From the IMG/VR virus record IMGVR_UViG_2858656345_000001: DNA of 20,000 nucleotides. The stretch is one strand, 5' to 3'. The notes below the pieces were generated by a model. It did no database searches, was not told the DNA's origin, and saw only the letters and a list, made by a program, of their open reading frames with translations. This document shows positions 7,220-15,505 of this stretch, in pieces (position 1 is the first letter of the stretch; the number at the start of each line of letters is the position of its first letter). The DNA is from an uncultured virus (IMG/VR IMGVR_UViG_2858656345_000001). Its lineage: Duplodnaviria; Heunggongvirae; Uroviricota; Caudoviricetes. Made by a program: the position numbers and the translations under genes.

Positions 7220-7950
7220 ACTTTTTTTCTTCTGTCTTTACCTTTTATTTCGAGATAATTGCACATTTCACAGAGACGCGATTGCACGCGGTCTCCGTAG
7301 TCGTTTCTCAGCCTTTCGCTCGATATTCGCAGGTTTGAGGTTATCAGCGTCAGCTTTCCGTCACAGTCTCCTCGATATTCGAGCAGCTGTTGCAGTACGT
7401 TTTGCCTATTGCCCATGTAGAGTATCTCACGCGGCTCCTGCCCCAAGTCCTGAATTCCGAGGATCGGAACGCTCCTAAACTTTGCGATGTCGCCTGTCGA
7501 AGCATATTCTTGACAAATAGCGTCTGCCCTGCTTGTTACCCAAAACAGATTCACGATAGACCTTTCCGCGCGCGCCTCGCTTAGCCCCACTTGGAAACCC
7601 CAAGCACGAGAGTAGGTCAGCATGACATCCAAGCACCAAGATTTGCCTGAGCCGGTATTGCCAGCGATATAGATTCCGCGATTTATGTCCCCCTGCACGA
7701 CCTTGCCCGTAATCGGGTCTATGGCTTGCATGGCAGGGTCTGCATGGCACCACCGGATGAAGTTCTCGTAAGCAAATCGGTTTTCTTCGTCTATAGCGAA
7801 ATCCCTGTTGCGGATTCGGCCTATTGCAGTTACGACTTCAAGGGCATTGCCCATATCGTAGTCCGTAACGGGCACCCTTTCGATTCCGGCGTACAGCCTG
7901 TTCGCTTTCACGAACTCAAGCACGTCTTCAATCTTTAGGATTTGACTCAT
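7216..7950 (-). CDS. DnaC/IstB-like ATPase (helicase loader); likely start 7950
   Basis: Walker A GNTGSGKS, Walker B-like LGIQDLGQE, ITSN and YGDRVQSRL. ATGA-coupled to the initiator gene. Confidence 0.8.
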   Translation of the reverse strand: MSQILKIEDVLEFVKANRLYAGIERVPVTDYDMGNALEVVTAIGRIRNRDFAIDEENRFAYENFIRWCHADPAMQAIDPITGKVVQGDINRGIYIAGNTGSGKSWCLDVMLTYSRAWGFQVGLSEARAERSIVNLFWVTSRADAICQEYASTGDIAKFRSVPILGIQDLGQEPREILYMGNRQNVLQQLLEYRGDCDGKLTLITSNLRISSERLRNDYGDRVQSRLCEMCNYLEIKGKDRRKKV

Positions 7951-8657
7951 AACCATTCGTCGTTTATGGAATTTGCGGAATTAGTTCCTTGTGGTCGTGG
8001 GCTGTGAACAGTATTGTTGCCCTTGCTCCAAGTGCGGACGGCGGCTTTCCAGTCTTTCATTTTGTTCTTGCCGACCATCCACCCTTTCGAGGTGTAGAAG
8101 TCGATGAAGCGTTCGGCGTCTACAGCGTACCCCTTTTCAAGAATATAAGCCTTAACTTCTTCAGTGGTCGGTGGCACAAACGCTGTGCGTTTTGCCCCTA
8201 TATATTCTACTTCGTTAGAAGTAGATATATATTCTTTATCTTTATCTTTATCTTTATTCTTTGTATCAGTTTGTAATACATTTGTATTTGTTTCCTTTTT
8301 TCTGTAAGTCTTAGTGGTTCTTTCCCAGCGAGTTGCGATTGCAGACTTCCGCTTATCTGAAATCTCCTTGCGCTTATCTAAGCGAGCATTTACGGAGTTC
8401 GACCAAAAAAAGTTTCCGTCATTTTCAAATAATCCGAAGTCCAAAACGACGCTTTCTATCAATTCTCTCTCTTCGTGTAATTCAAAAGAAATACAACTGT
8501 ATTCATCAGTCGGTATTTTCCCGTCTCGCTCATAAAGCAACTCTATGATACACCAATATGCACCGATTCCGGATAGCCCGTGTTTTTGCATCAGGCGTAT
8601 CAGTTTCGGATCTCTTCGTGCGTTATAGTCGTGCGGAAAGTATAATGTATCTTTCAT
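7947..8657 (-). CDS. Phage replication initiator (DUF4373/Lin1244-like N-terminus)
   Basis: YFPHDYNARRDPKL...GAYWCIIELLY, low-complexity DKDKDK linker, and C-terminal FVPPT..EV...FIDFYTSKGW...KMKDWKAAVRTW. Confidence 0.8.
   Translation of the reverse strand: MKDTLYFPHDYNARRDPKLIRLMQKHGLSGIGAYWCIIELLYERDGKIPTDEYSCISFELHEERELIESVVLDFGLFENDGNFFWSNSVNARLDKRKEISDKRKSAIATRWERTTKTYRKKETNTNVLQTDTKNKDKDKDKEYISTSNEVEYIGAKRTAFVPPTTEEVKAYILEKGYAVDAERFIDFYTSKGWMVGKNKMKDWKAAVRTWSKGNNTVHSPRPQGTNSANSINDEWL
8206..8286. other. Candidate replication origin inside the initiator gene
   Basis: Palindrome TCTACTTC-gtta-GAAGTAGA (8206-8225), (TCTTTA)x4 at 8233-8256, and TTTGTA at 8260, 8270 and 8281, in AT-rich DNA. 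Confidence 0.45.
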
Positions 8658-8673
8658 TGCCTATTGTGGTTGT

Positions 8674-8708
8674 CCGCCTCGGCTGACTTTTTATATCGGC
8701 CAAGGCGG
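8674..8708 (-). other. Intergenic GC-rich hairpin without a U-tract
   Basis: Minus-strand CCGCCTTGGCCGA-tataaaaag-TCAGCCGAGGCGG forms a 13-bp stem with one G-U pair and one mismatch. Confidence 0.6.
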
Positions 8709-8718
8709 TTGCTAATTA

Positions 8719-9147
8719 TTACTTCTCTGCGAACACCTCAAGTATCTTAGTCTCCTCGACCTTTTCTACGATGTAGTCGGAAATAGAACCTTTCATGTGT
8801 TCGTCCACGCGTTTGTGGGCATCCATAGCTGTATCAGCATTGACTAACAAGTCAAAAGGGCTCTTTTTCTCTCTTCCGCTCTTTTCGTCGAGCGTCACCA
8901 GATTGAGCTTGCAGTGGAACCACTTTTCCGCTGCATCTTCTTGTCCCCGGAGAACTTCTGCATAGTTCTTTCGGGCTATTGCAACTATGTCGAAATCGCC
9001 GCTTGCAGTTGGGGCTATATACTCCTGCACAGTCCTTTCTGCTACTCCGAAACAGTCCGTTTCAACTAAATAGACCTCGGAAACTTGTTTTAAGCTTCCA
9101 TCCTCTTGCACCTTATCAAGGCGCGCTTTTACTTGACAGTAAATCAT
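8719..9147 (-). CDS. DUF4494 family protein
   Basis: KVQEDGSLKQVSEVYLV, KWFHCKL..VTLDEKSGREKK...LLVNA and VEETKILEVF motifs. Confidence 0.8.
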   Translation of the reverse strand: MIYCQVKARLDKVQEDGSLKQVSEVYLVETDCFGVAERTVQEYIAPTASGDFDIVAIARKNYAEVLRGQEDAAEKWFHCKLNLVTLDEKSGREKKSPFDLLVNADTAMDAHKRVDEHMKGSISDYIVEKVEETKILEVFAEK

Positions 9148-9151
9148 TTCT

Positions 9152-9649
9152 TTATTGTTTTATGAATAATATCCAGTGGGTGTTTGAGCGCTTTCCACTC
9201 TTGTGACCCAACACGGGCTTCTGCTCTGTTAGCTTGAGTATTTCCGACAGGGGGATGTCGGTTTCGTTCCACTTGAATACAAGTAGCCCGTTAGGCTTTA
9301 GCACCCGAAAGCATTCCCCAAACCCCCTCCTTAGCGTATCTCTCCAATCGCTGTCGAGATGTCCGTATTTTACCATCTGCCACCCGTTGAGCTCTTTTTT
9401 TGAGCCGGTATATTTGAGGTGTGGCGGGTCAAACACAACAGCAGAAAAAGATAAATCCGGGTAGGGCATACTCGTGAAATCAGCGATGACGTCTGGTTTA
9501 ACGACAAATTCGCGGCCATCGCAAAGGGTGGTCTCTACCTCCCTTATATCCTGAAACAGGACACGTGGATCCTGCTTGTCGAAGTAAAACATCTTCCCTC
9601 CGCAGCAAGCATCAAGTATTGGCTTTGTATCCATCAGTCCTGAAATCAT
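9152..9649 (-). CDS. Compact class I SAM-dependent (amino-type) methyltransferase
   Basis: ILDACCGGKM (motif I), VVFDPPH (motif IV variant) and ECFRVLKPNGLLVFKW. Confidence 0.85.
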   Translation of the reverse strand: MISGLMDTKPILDACCGGKMFYFDKQDPRVLFQDIREVETTLCDGREFVVKPDVIADFTSMPYPDLSFSAVVFDPPHLKYTGSKKELNGWQMVKYGHLDSDWRDTLRRGFGECFRVLKPNGLLVFKWNETDIPLSEILKLTEQKPVLGHKSGKRSNTHWILFIKQ

Positions 9650-9993
9650 CTTAGTCTTAGCTCCTCTATCAAGGCATCGGCGCAGGCAATAGCATATCGG
9701 GAGACAGCCTTGGGGGTGGTGCGTTTTTCTCCTTTTAAGTATATTGCTTCTGTGCAGGCATACCCCGTTTGTTCGTCACTGCTAAGGATGCCAGCCATAG
9801 CCTCCTTGGCTATTTCGTACCGCCGCTGCTCCCAGTCGATGGTTGGCTCATCAAGAATAAGCTCTACATCATCGAGACTTTTTGTGTCATATTCTCCAAA
9901 TGAGTTGTTCCCACCGTATTCGATACAGTAGTTATGTTTACTGTAGTTGATAACCTCTACTATCTCGCCTGTCTCTTTAATCCTCGCTTTCAT
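9646..9993 (-). CDS. Hypothetical phage protein
   Basis: MKARIKETGEIVEV and DWEQRRYEIAKEAM...ADALIEEL motifs, which I recognise from Bacteroidales phage proteins. Confidence 0.75.
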   Translation of the reverse strand: MKARIKETGEIVEVINYSKHNYCIEYGGNNSFGEYDTKSLDDVELILDEPTIDWEQRRYEIAKEAMAGILSSDEQTGYACTEAIYLKGEKRTTPKAVSRYAIACADALIEELRLR

Positions 9994-9998
9994 TTTTT

Positions 9999-10466
9999 TT
10001 ATTCTTTTGCTGTTATCCCAAATACGCTCTCAAGCAGCCTCCTCGCTGCTTTCTGCTTTGCTTCTTTCTGATTACATCCGCTTGCTCTTTCCTCTGTTCC
10101 ATCTGGCAGCACGATGGACACAGTGATCGTGGGGCAATGGTCTTGCCCGTTCTTCGCGATCACACGCGCTTCAAGACTCCTCCCGAAGCGCTTTTGCACA
10201 AGCTCCGATAGGACTATAATCGGGTTGCCTGTTGGTGCCGGTATAGGTGCTTGTTTTTGACCAGACAAGACGCCGCTCTCGATCTTCTCGGCTATCCCCT
10301 TTATGAAGAAGTGAAGACGATCGGCACTAACAGTTTTTGTTTTGCATGAATCCAGCAGCAACTGCGTGGACTTGGGGTCGTTCTTAACACGGCAAGTGTA
10401 TTTGCCGTTTTCTTGCTGGTAGAACTCCACTTCTACACCGTGGAGCGTCTTTGTTATTGTTGTCAT
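9999..10466 (-). CDS. Protein with a C-terminal double-stranded RNA-binding domain (dsRBD/DSRM)
   Basis: Residues 81-149 follow the alpha-beta-beta-beta-alpha dsRBD pattern: NPIIVLSELVQK, GQDH (GxxH loop), TITVSIV, and ASGCNQKEAKQKAARRLL (cf. GxGxSKKxAxxxAA). Confidence 0.8.
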   Translation of the reverse strand: MTTITKTLHGVEVEFYQQENGKYTCRVKNDPKSTQLLLDSCKTKTVSADRLHFFIKGIAEKIESGVLSGQKQAPIPAPTGNPIIVLSELVQKRFGRSLEARVIAKNGQDHCPTITVSIVLPDGTEERASGCNQKEAKQKAARRLLESVFGITAKE

Positions 10467-10469
10467 TTT

Positions 10470-11213
10470 TTAGAAAGGTGTTTTATTAAATTCTATTTCC
10501 GTCCCTGCGTCGGCTATATGCACGTTCTTGCAGGTCAGTTCTCGTATTCCATGCTTGAACTCCTCTGCCCTGCTGTTTGCGTCGGAGAGGTGTATCAATA
10601 CGATGTTGTTTACCTCCGACAGATCGTTGGCAGCAAGGACTTCCTTGCACGTTTCGTAGCTCATGTGGCTCTGTAGCGTCCTATCTCGTTGTTGCTTACT
10701 TATGCGACCCTGCTTGTAGTTGTCCTCCAGCAGGGTACTATCGTAGTTGCATTCGAGCAGGATGTTCGCAAGCCCTTTGAACTTGTACTTGAGGTAGTAG
10801 GTATCCGTTGCGAATAGCACCGTTCCCATCTCTTCGTGATAGATAAGGAAGCCGAAAGGCTCGGCAGCATCGTGCTGCACCTCGAACGGCAAGACAACAA
10901 AGCTTCCTATAACCTGCTTGCGATTCGGGATTAGCATCTCCATCTTGGGGCGGCTTACACCACCCTCGATGGAAACGATCGTACCGGAAGAAGCCCACAC
11001 GGGAATCCGCGCTCTCAAGAACGACTTAACGTGCTTTGCGTGGTCTCCATGCTCGTGAGAGACAAGGCAGCCAGCAATCCGTGCAATATCGAAATCGACT
11101 GCCTTTTGAATCTCACGGAATGGTATCCCACACTCAACGACAAGGCACTCCTTCTCGTTGTCAAACAGATAGCAGTTTCCTGCTGAGCTACTTCCGAGTA
11201 CTTTTAGTTTCAT
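10470..11213 (-). CDS. MBL-fold metallo-hydrolase, probable nuclease (start moved to MKLKVLGSSSAGN at 11213)
   Basis: SHEHGDH (HxHxDH), HD, ATDT, ECNYD, SHMS and LIHLS motifs. ATGA overlap with the upstream gene. Confidence 0.9.
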   Translation of the reverse strand: MKLKVLGSSSAGNCYLFDNEKECLVVECGIPFREIQKAVDFDIARIAGCLVSHEHGDHAKHVKSFLRARIPVWASSGTIVSIEGGVSRPKMEMLIPNRKQVIGSFVVLPFEVQHDAAEPFGFLIYHEEMGTVLFATDTYYLKYKFKGLANILLECNYDSTLLEDNYKQGRISKQQRDRTLQSHMSYETCKEVLAANDLSEVNNIVLIHLSDANSRAEEFKHGIRELTCKNVHIADAGTEIEFNKTPF

Positions 11214-11473
11214 ATTCCTAAAATTTCCTTTGCTTCGTTGAAACGTCGCTCCTCCATATGCACATCCCCTCGGAACCTTATTGTTGCTCGTTCCGCCCAC
11301 TCCTTGTAGCATTTCGGGCAGTACCAAAGGTTCAGGATCGCTACATAGTAGCCAACCGCGGTTTCCTTTCTACAGTGGTCGCATAGACCCATACTGCCGA
11401 ACTTTTCTTCGTACTCCGAACTGGATACTTCGATCACCAAGAAACCGCGGTTGTTTTTCACGACTTTTGCCAT
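11210..11473 (-). CDS. Small zinc-finger protein (start moved to 11473)
   Basis: CDHC...CPKC; the ATG lies 1 nt after the recT stop. Confidence 0.7.
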   Translation of the reverse strand: MAKVVKNNRGFLVIEVSSSEYEEKFGSMGLCDHCRKETAVGYYVAILNLWYCPKCYKEWAERATIRFRGDVHMEERRFNEAKEILGI

Positions 11474-11474
11474 G

Positions 11475-12383
11475 TTAGAATCCGGGAGCCTGCGCTGCCT
11501 GTTGTTCCTGTGGATCACCCTCGAACAGCTCTCCCGTTTGAGCATCTACGACCATCTCCGCTGTCTTATCTTTGCCCGGCGCAGCAAGATCAAGACCGAT
11601 AATAGTCTTGTTCGCGTTCTCATCGATCTCCTCTGCTACGACATCAGCAATATCTTGCTGATTGTCTACGTACTTAGATCCTGTCTCTGTGATAACTGCT
11701 TGATCGCTATTCACCGCGTTGATCATGTCCACGGACAAGGGGGCGTATTTTGACAAAAGCAGCTTAATAGCTGTTTTCTTTGCCATAGCGTCGAAGTCTG
11801 TAGCCCACTTGCTGTTTTGCTGCACTTTTTCGTATTTGCTGGAGTAGGTCTGCGAGTACTTTTTTGCATGTACATCGACCTCCTCTTTTGTCATGTACAG
11901 GGTCTTTTCAAACCCATTGGACAGCCGAAAGAATGCCGCATATCCGATTACCGGTCTTTCAGTCCTTTTAGGCACGGCGGTAAACCTCATTTCTCCGGTC
12001 AGTAGGTCGAACGTTTCAAGCTCTCCCTCTCTAACCTCCGTTACGTTTATAGTCTTGAATTGACCGCTCCGGATCGCCAGCTGGATAAATCCGCGATACC
12101 CGATTTGGAATTGTGCTTCCGTCTTGTTCTCCCTGTTGTTTTTGTAGGGGATTACGTAGGCAAATCCTAAGTTTGGGTCTAACGGCAAGTCTAAGGCTGT
12201 GGCCTTTAAGCCGGCAAACATTACGCTCATCGGCTCGCACGCCTGTAGCGTTGTGTTGTTGCTGACAAGTGCAACGATGTTGTTCACAAATGCGTTCTTT
12301 TTCCCTGAAAGAACCTGCTCCAAGTACGCCTGCGTCTTGGGGTCTGTGATTGCTCGATTGAACTGCTGTAAATTGCTACCCAT
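11475..12383 (-). CDS. recT: RecT-family single-strand annealing protein
   Basis: LDPNLGFAYVIPY, AQFQIGYRGFIQLAIRSGQ and WATDFDAMAKKTAIK motifs. Confidence 0.92.
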   Translation of the reverse strand: MGSNLQQFNRAITDPKTQAYLEQVLSGKKNAFVNNIVALVSNNTTLQACEPMSVMFAGLKATALDLPLDPNLGFAYVIPYKNNRENKTEAQFQIGYRGFIQLAIRSGQFKTINVTEVREGELETFDLLTGEMRFTAVPKRTERPVIGYAAFFRLSNGFEKTLYMTKEEVDVHAKKYSQTYSSKYEKVQQNSKWATDFDAMAKKTAIKLLLSKYAPLSVDMINAVNSDQAVITETGSKYVDNQQDIADVVAEEIDENANKTIIGLDLAAPGKDKTAEMVVDAQTGELFEGDPQEQQAAQAPGF

Positions 12384-12389
12384 TTCTTT

Positions 12390-14375
12390 TTAGTTGTTAT
12401 TAGTGATTATTATTAGCTCCTTGTCGGTCGTAACTACAAGGTTGATTATTTGACTTTCTGTAGCGAGAATCTCGTTTACAGACTCGCGCCCATCGATGAA
12501 GATCGGGGCACTCACACCGTGGAATTGCGACAGCGTATTGATTACGTCGATACCGGCGTTTACCTGATCGGCCGTATTCGTGCTGGCGTAATATCTGCCA
12601 CGCACAAGCGGAATGCAGCACTCGATCGGGTTTTCTTTCTTGCTGTCCTCGATGTTGTAGTCGAAGAGCTTAAATGTCACGAGTGAAAACATCGAATCGA
12701 TTCGCTTTTCACACTCGTCAATCTTTGCTTTGTTGAATTGCGCGATGGTGTACTCTTCGCGCTCTGCATCTGCTATCTGCCGGGCAAGCTCTTTTCCTCT
12801 TGCTTCAAGGTCGGCTATCTGCCGTGTGAATTGCTCGATGCGTCCACGGTCGGAAAGCTTAGCCATCAAACCGTCACGCGTGACCGACAACTCTTTCTTT
12901 TTAGCTTGGTATGCTTCTGTGCTGTCGGTATGCACCTGCCCCTCGCAGGCCTTTAGCTCTGCTTCAAGGTCGGCTATCTGCCGGGCGAGGTCTGTGTACT
13001 CCTTGATGTTTTCAGGTTTTACCTCCTCCTCTTTGACTTCTGTGATGGCTCCGAGTTCGCTGTTTAGAATTTCCAGCTCGGATTTCTTATTGTTCAGTAT
13101 ATCGCTCTCACGAACGATGTCTACTTCAAGCTTCTGTATCCTGCTTATCGCAAGGTCTATCTGCTCCTTGACACCTTTTCCCTTTTCGTTTATGACATCA
13201 AGCTCGCCCTGCTTGTGTGCCTTGAATACATTGAGAGCCTCCGACTTCATCGAATCCGGCAGCTCCTGTCCGCAATGTGCGCAAGTGGTCTCACCGGTAT
13301 ATTCCGTAGTATTTACTTCGTACCACTTCTTGCGCAAAGCGCCTACTTCCGTGTTGAGTTTTTCGACCTCTGCATTAAGGTTGGACTTTTTCAGGTATAA
13401 GGCTCGCACTTCTCCGCCCTCGGTCTCGGCTGTGAGCGTTCGGATTCGTGCAAGCAGATCGTTTCGCTTGCTGTTTGCCTTGTGCGCTTCCTCTTTCGAT
13501 GCGCTTTGCGCGTCGAAGAGTATTTTCTGCTGCCGGCTCTTCAGGGAATTAATTTCTCCCTGTTTCTTCTGTACAGCTTCGTACTGCTGCCTTGTCCTCT
13601 CTGCGACATCCGAGATAGCTCTTTCTATGTCTGCTATCTCTTTGTCTATGCCGGCAATCTCTGCTTCAATCACATCGAAGTCGGTAGATTCCGGCATCAA
13701 CTTGTGTGTTTGGTCGATACGTGGTTGTATTTCTTCAAGGTCTGCTTTCAGACGTTTCTTGCGCGCTGACAGCTCTTTCTTGAAGTCGGCAAGGCTCTTT
13801 CCCGAAAGCCTGTCGAGCAGCTCGGCAAAGGCCGGATTGGTGCTTGCAATTTCATTGTCATCAACCGTTCCGGCGAGCTGAAACAGGATGTCTCGTTGAT
13901 CCTGCCATTTTAGTGTGAAGAAAAAGGCAGGATTGGTAATCAGCTTAAACACCGTTTCATCTATAATAGACTTCACCCGTTGCTGGTATTCACCGACTTT
14001 CATCGGTACGTCATTAACCCAGCAAAGGGTTTCATTACCCTTTAGCACGGATTCAACTTGTCCTCGTGGCTTTACCCACTTCTCAGACAGTTCTCTTTTG
14101 AGAGTTATTTCCTCTCCGTCTATATCTAATACGCCTACGACGCTGCACTCTACGTTGTGCAGCTCCTCGCCGTCGATACGTGTCTTTACCTCGAAGTTAT
14201 CGCGCCCCTCTTTGTCTTTTCCGAAAAGAAGCCAGATAAAGGCGTCGAAGTGCCTGCTTTTGCCTAACCCATTGTCACCGGCAATCATGGTGCTAAGCGG
14301 GTCAAACACTGTTGTTCTACTTTGCTCTCCTCTGAAATTTGTCAGGGTTAAGCTTTTTAGTGTTACTTTCTTCAT
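12390..14375 (-). CDS. Rad50/SbcC/SMC-like ABC ATPase with coiled coil and zinc hook
   Basis: LTLTNFRG, Walker A GDNGLGKS, long coiled coil with central CAHC, and C-terminal PIFIDGRES Walker B. Confidence 0.88.
   Translation of the reverse strand: MKKVTLKSLTLTNFRGEQSRTTVFDPLSTMIAGDNGLGKSRHFDAFIWLLFGKDKEGRDNFEVKTRIDGEELHNVECSVVGVLDIDGEEITLKRELSEKWVKPRGQVESVLKGNETLCWVNDVPMKVGEYQQRVKSIIDETVFKLITNPAFFFTLKWQDQRDILFQLAGTVDDNEIASTNPAFAELLDRLSGKSLADFKKELSARKKRLKADLEEIQPRIDQTHKLMPESTDFDVIEAEIAGIDKEIADIERAISDVAERTRQQYEAVQKKQGEINSLKSRQQKILFDAQSASKEEAHKANSKRNDLLARIRTLTAETEGGEVRALYLKKSNLNAEVEKLNTEVGALRKKWYEVNTTEYTGETTCAHCGQELPDSMKSEALNVFKAHKQGELDVINEKGKGVKEQIDLAISRIQKLEVDIVRESDILNNKKSELEILNSELGAITEVKEEEVKPENIKEYTDLARQIADLEAELKACEGQVHTDSTEAYQAKKKELSVTRDGLMAKLSDRGRIEQFTRQIADLEARGKELARQIADAEREEYTIAQFNKAKIDECEKRIDSMFSLVTFKLFDYNIEDSKKENPIECCIPLVRGRYYASTNTADQVNAGIDVINTLSQFHGVSAPIFIDGRESVNEILATESQIINLVVTTDKELIIITNNN
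12801..12983. repeat. Perfect 24-bp direct repeat within the coiled-coil coding region
   Basis: tgcttcaaggtcggctatctgccg at 12801-12824 and 12960-12983, with a partial third copy at 12772-12785. Encodes RQIADLEA. Confidence 0.9.
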
Positions 14376-14397
14376 TGTTGTAGTATAATTGATATTG

Positions 14398-15048
14398 TTA
14401 CTCTGTTTCTCCCCAAAGCTTGGTTGCTATCTCAACTTTCTTGGCAAGTTCATTTACCTCTTTTTTTGCGTAGGTAAGAGTGTAGGCGTGTTCTCTTGGG
14501 TATTTCCCAGACTTAACACCCTCGTGGTATTCTACCGCCTTGGCGTACATTTCGGTGTAGTATTCCAGGCTCTCTGGCATCGAAAGATTCATATCCTCGG
14601 TATGTAGCTCCCAATCATTGGCTTTTTGCTCGAAAGCCCTCGCTTTGTCGTGCATTTCGACTGATTTTCCCATGTTATTCCAAGCGTCTTCGATAGCCTT
14701 TCTGTGTCGTTTCTCTGAATGATGACCAACCTTGATGGGTTCTCCAAGAGAAAGGAAGTCACGGTCTTTGTTTGAGCGGTCGAAATAGTGTTGGCTCTTG
14801 GCATCAGCCACACTTGCACTTCTCCTGTATTGCTCCGCCTTTCTCTTGGCTCTCTCTTGCAGATTATAGCCATCTGCACGAGTAATAGAGTAGTAGTAGA
14901 ATCCGTCCTTTTGTGCAACGAGGTTGTGCACAACGCATTCGTTTTCTTTCCCGTACTTGGTCGTTACCTCGATGAGGTCTCCTTTTTCGTGCTCCTCGTC
15001 GCATTTGGCAACGTACACGTTAGGGCAATACTTTGCATAAGTGTTCAT
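14398..15048 (-). CDS. DUF3560 domain protein
   Basis: GEPIKVGHHSEKRHRK signature. Confidence 0.85.
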   Translation of the reverse strand: MNTYAKYCPNVYVAKCDEEHEKGDLIEVTTKYGKENECVVHNLVAQKDGFYYYSITRADGYNLQERAKRKAEQYRRSASVADAKSQHYFDRSNKDRDFLSLGEPIKVGHHSEKRHRKAIEDAWNNMGKSVEMHDKARAFEQKANDWELHTEDMNLSMPESLEYYTEMYAKAVEYHEGVKSGKYPREHAYTLTYAKKEVNELAKKVEIATKLWGETE

Positions 15049-15062
15049 ATCTGTTTTCGTTG

Positions 15063-15347
15063 TTAGTTGTTGTTCCTCTTCATTAGTTGCAATGCAAGGT
15101 CGGCATCAACTGTTATCATGCGCCCACATTGGCTGATTGCCTTATCTATCTTTCCGCTTGCCTTGATCCGGTTTGCGGTCGTCGTAGAGCAGTTGAACAG
15201 CTGTGCTATACCTGCTATCCCGTACACGTATCGTCTCGGCGTTGGGGCTTCCTGCTCACCCATTGAGAGGCGGCGGAATACATCAACAAGCACGTCGGCA
15301 AATTCGCCGGCTGTCATGTCGATTACCCTTTTATCCACGGCGATCAT
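15063..15347 (-). CDS. DUF3853 family HTH protein, candidate excisionase/RDF
   Basis: DMTAGEF and YVYGIAGIAQLFNCSTTTANRIKASGKIDKAISQ.GR motifs. Confidence 0.85.
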   Translation of the reverse strand: MIAVDKRVIDMTAGEFADVLVDVFRRLSMGEQEAPTPRRYVYGIAGIAQLFNCSTTTANRIKASGKIDKAISQCGRMITVDADLALQLMKRNNN

Positions 15348-15505
15348 TTCTCGTCGGGTATTTCTTTGTTTATCACCCTCACGGAGTTGGCCAGATTGGC
15401 GACAAGAAGAAATCCTATCGCTACGTCCGTGCCATCCGATATAGCTGTCACCAGCAGGAGCGACAGTAGCAGGTACAGCCCTGCGAGACCTTTCCTGATA
15501 CTCAT
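15344..15505 (-). CDS. 53-aa hydrophobic, probably membrane, peptide (below the ORF-track cutoff)
   Basis: MSIRKGLAGLYLLLSLLLVTAISDGTDVAIGFLLVANLANSVRVINKEIPDEK. It exactly fills the gap, with TAATG overlap upstream and ATGA overlap downstream. Confidence 0.8.
   Translation of the reverse strand: MSIRKGLAGLYLLLSLLLVTAISDGTDVAIGFLLVANLANSVRVINKEIPDEK

Noticed and set aside
8674..8708. Rho-independent terminator
   Set aside because: No U-tract follows on the coding (minus) strand, so it is kept only as a hairpin.
11214..11545. Long N-terminal extensions given by the ORF track for the MBL (11327) and Zn-finger (11545) genes
   Set aside because: They overlap upstream genes extensively. Coupled ATGs at 11213 and 11473 fit better.
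12801..12983. Diversity-generating retroelement TR/VR pair
   Set aside because: The repeat is short and identical with no adenine-specific mismatches, and no reverse transcriptase is in the window.
12730..13881. 383-aa plus-strand ORF
   Set aside because: Ser-rich antisense shadow of the coiled-coil ATPase with no recognisable motifs. The same applies to 2409-2915, 13915-14388 and other opposite-strand ORFs.
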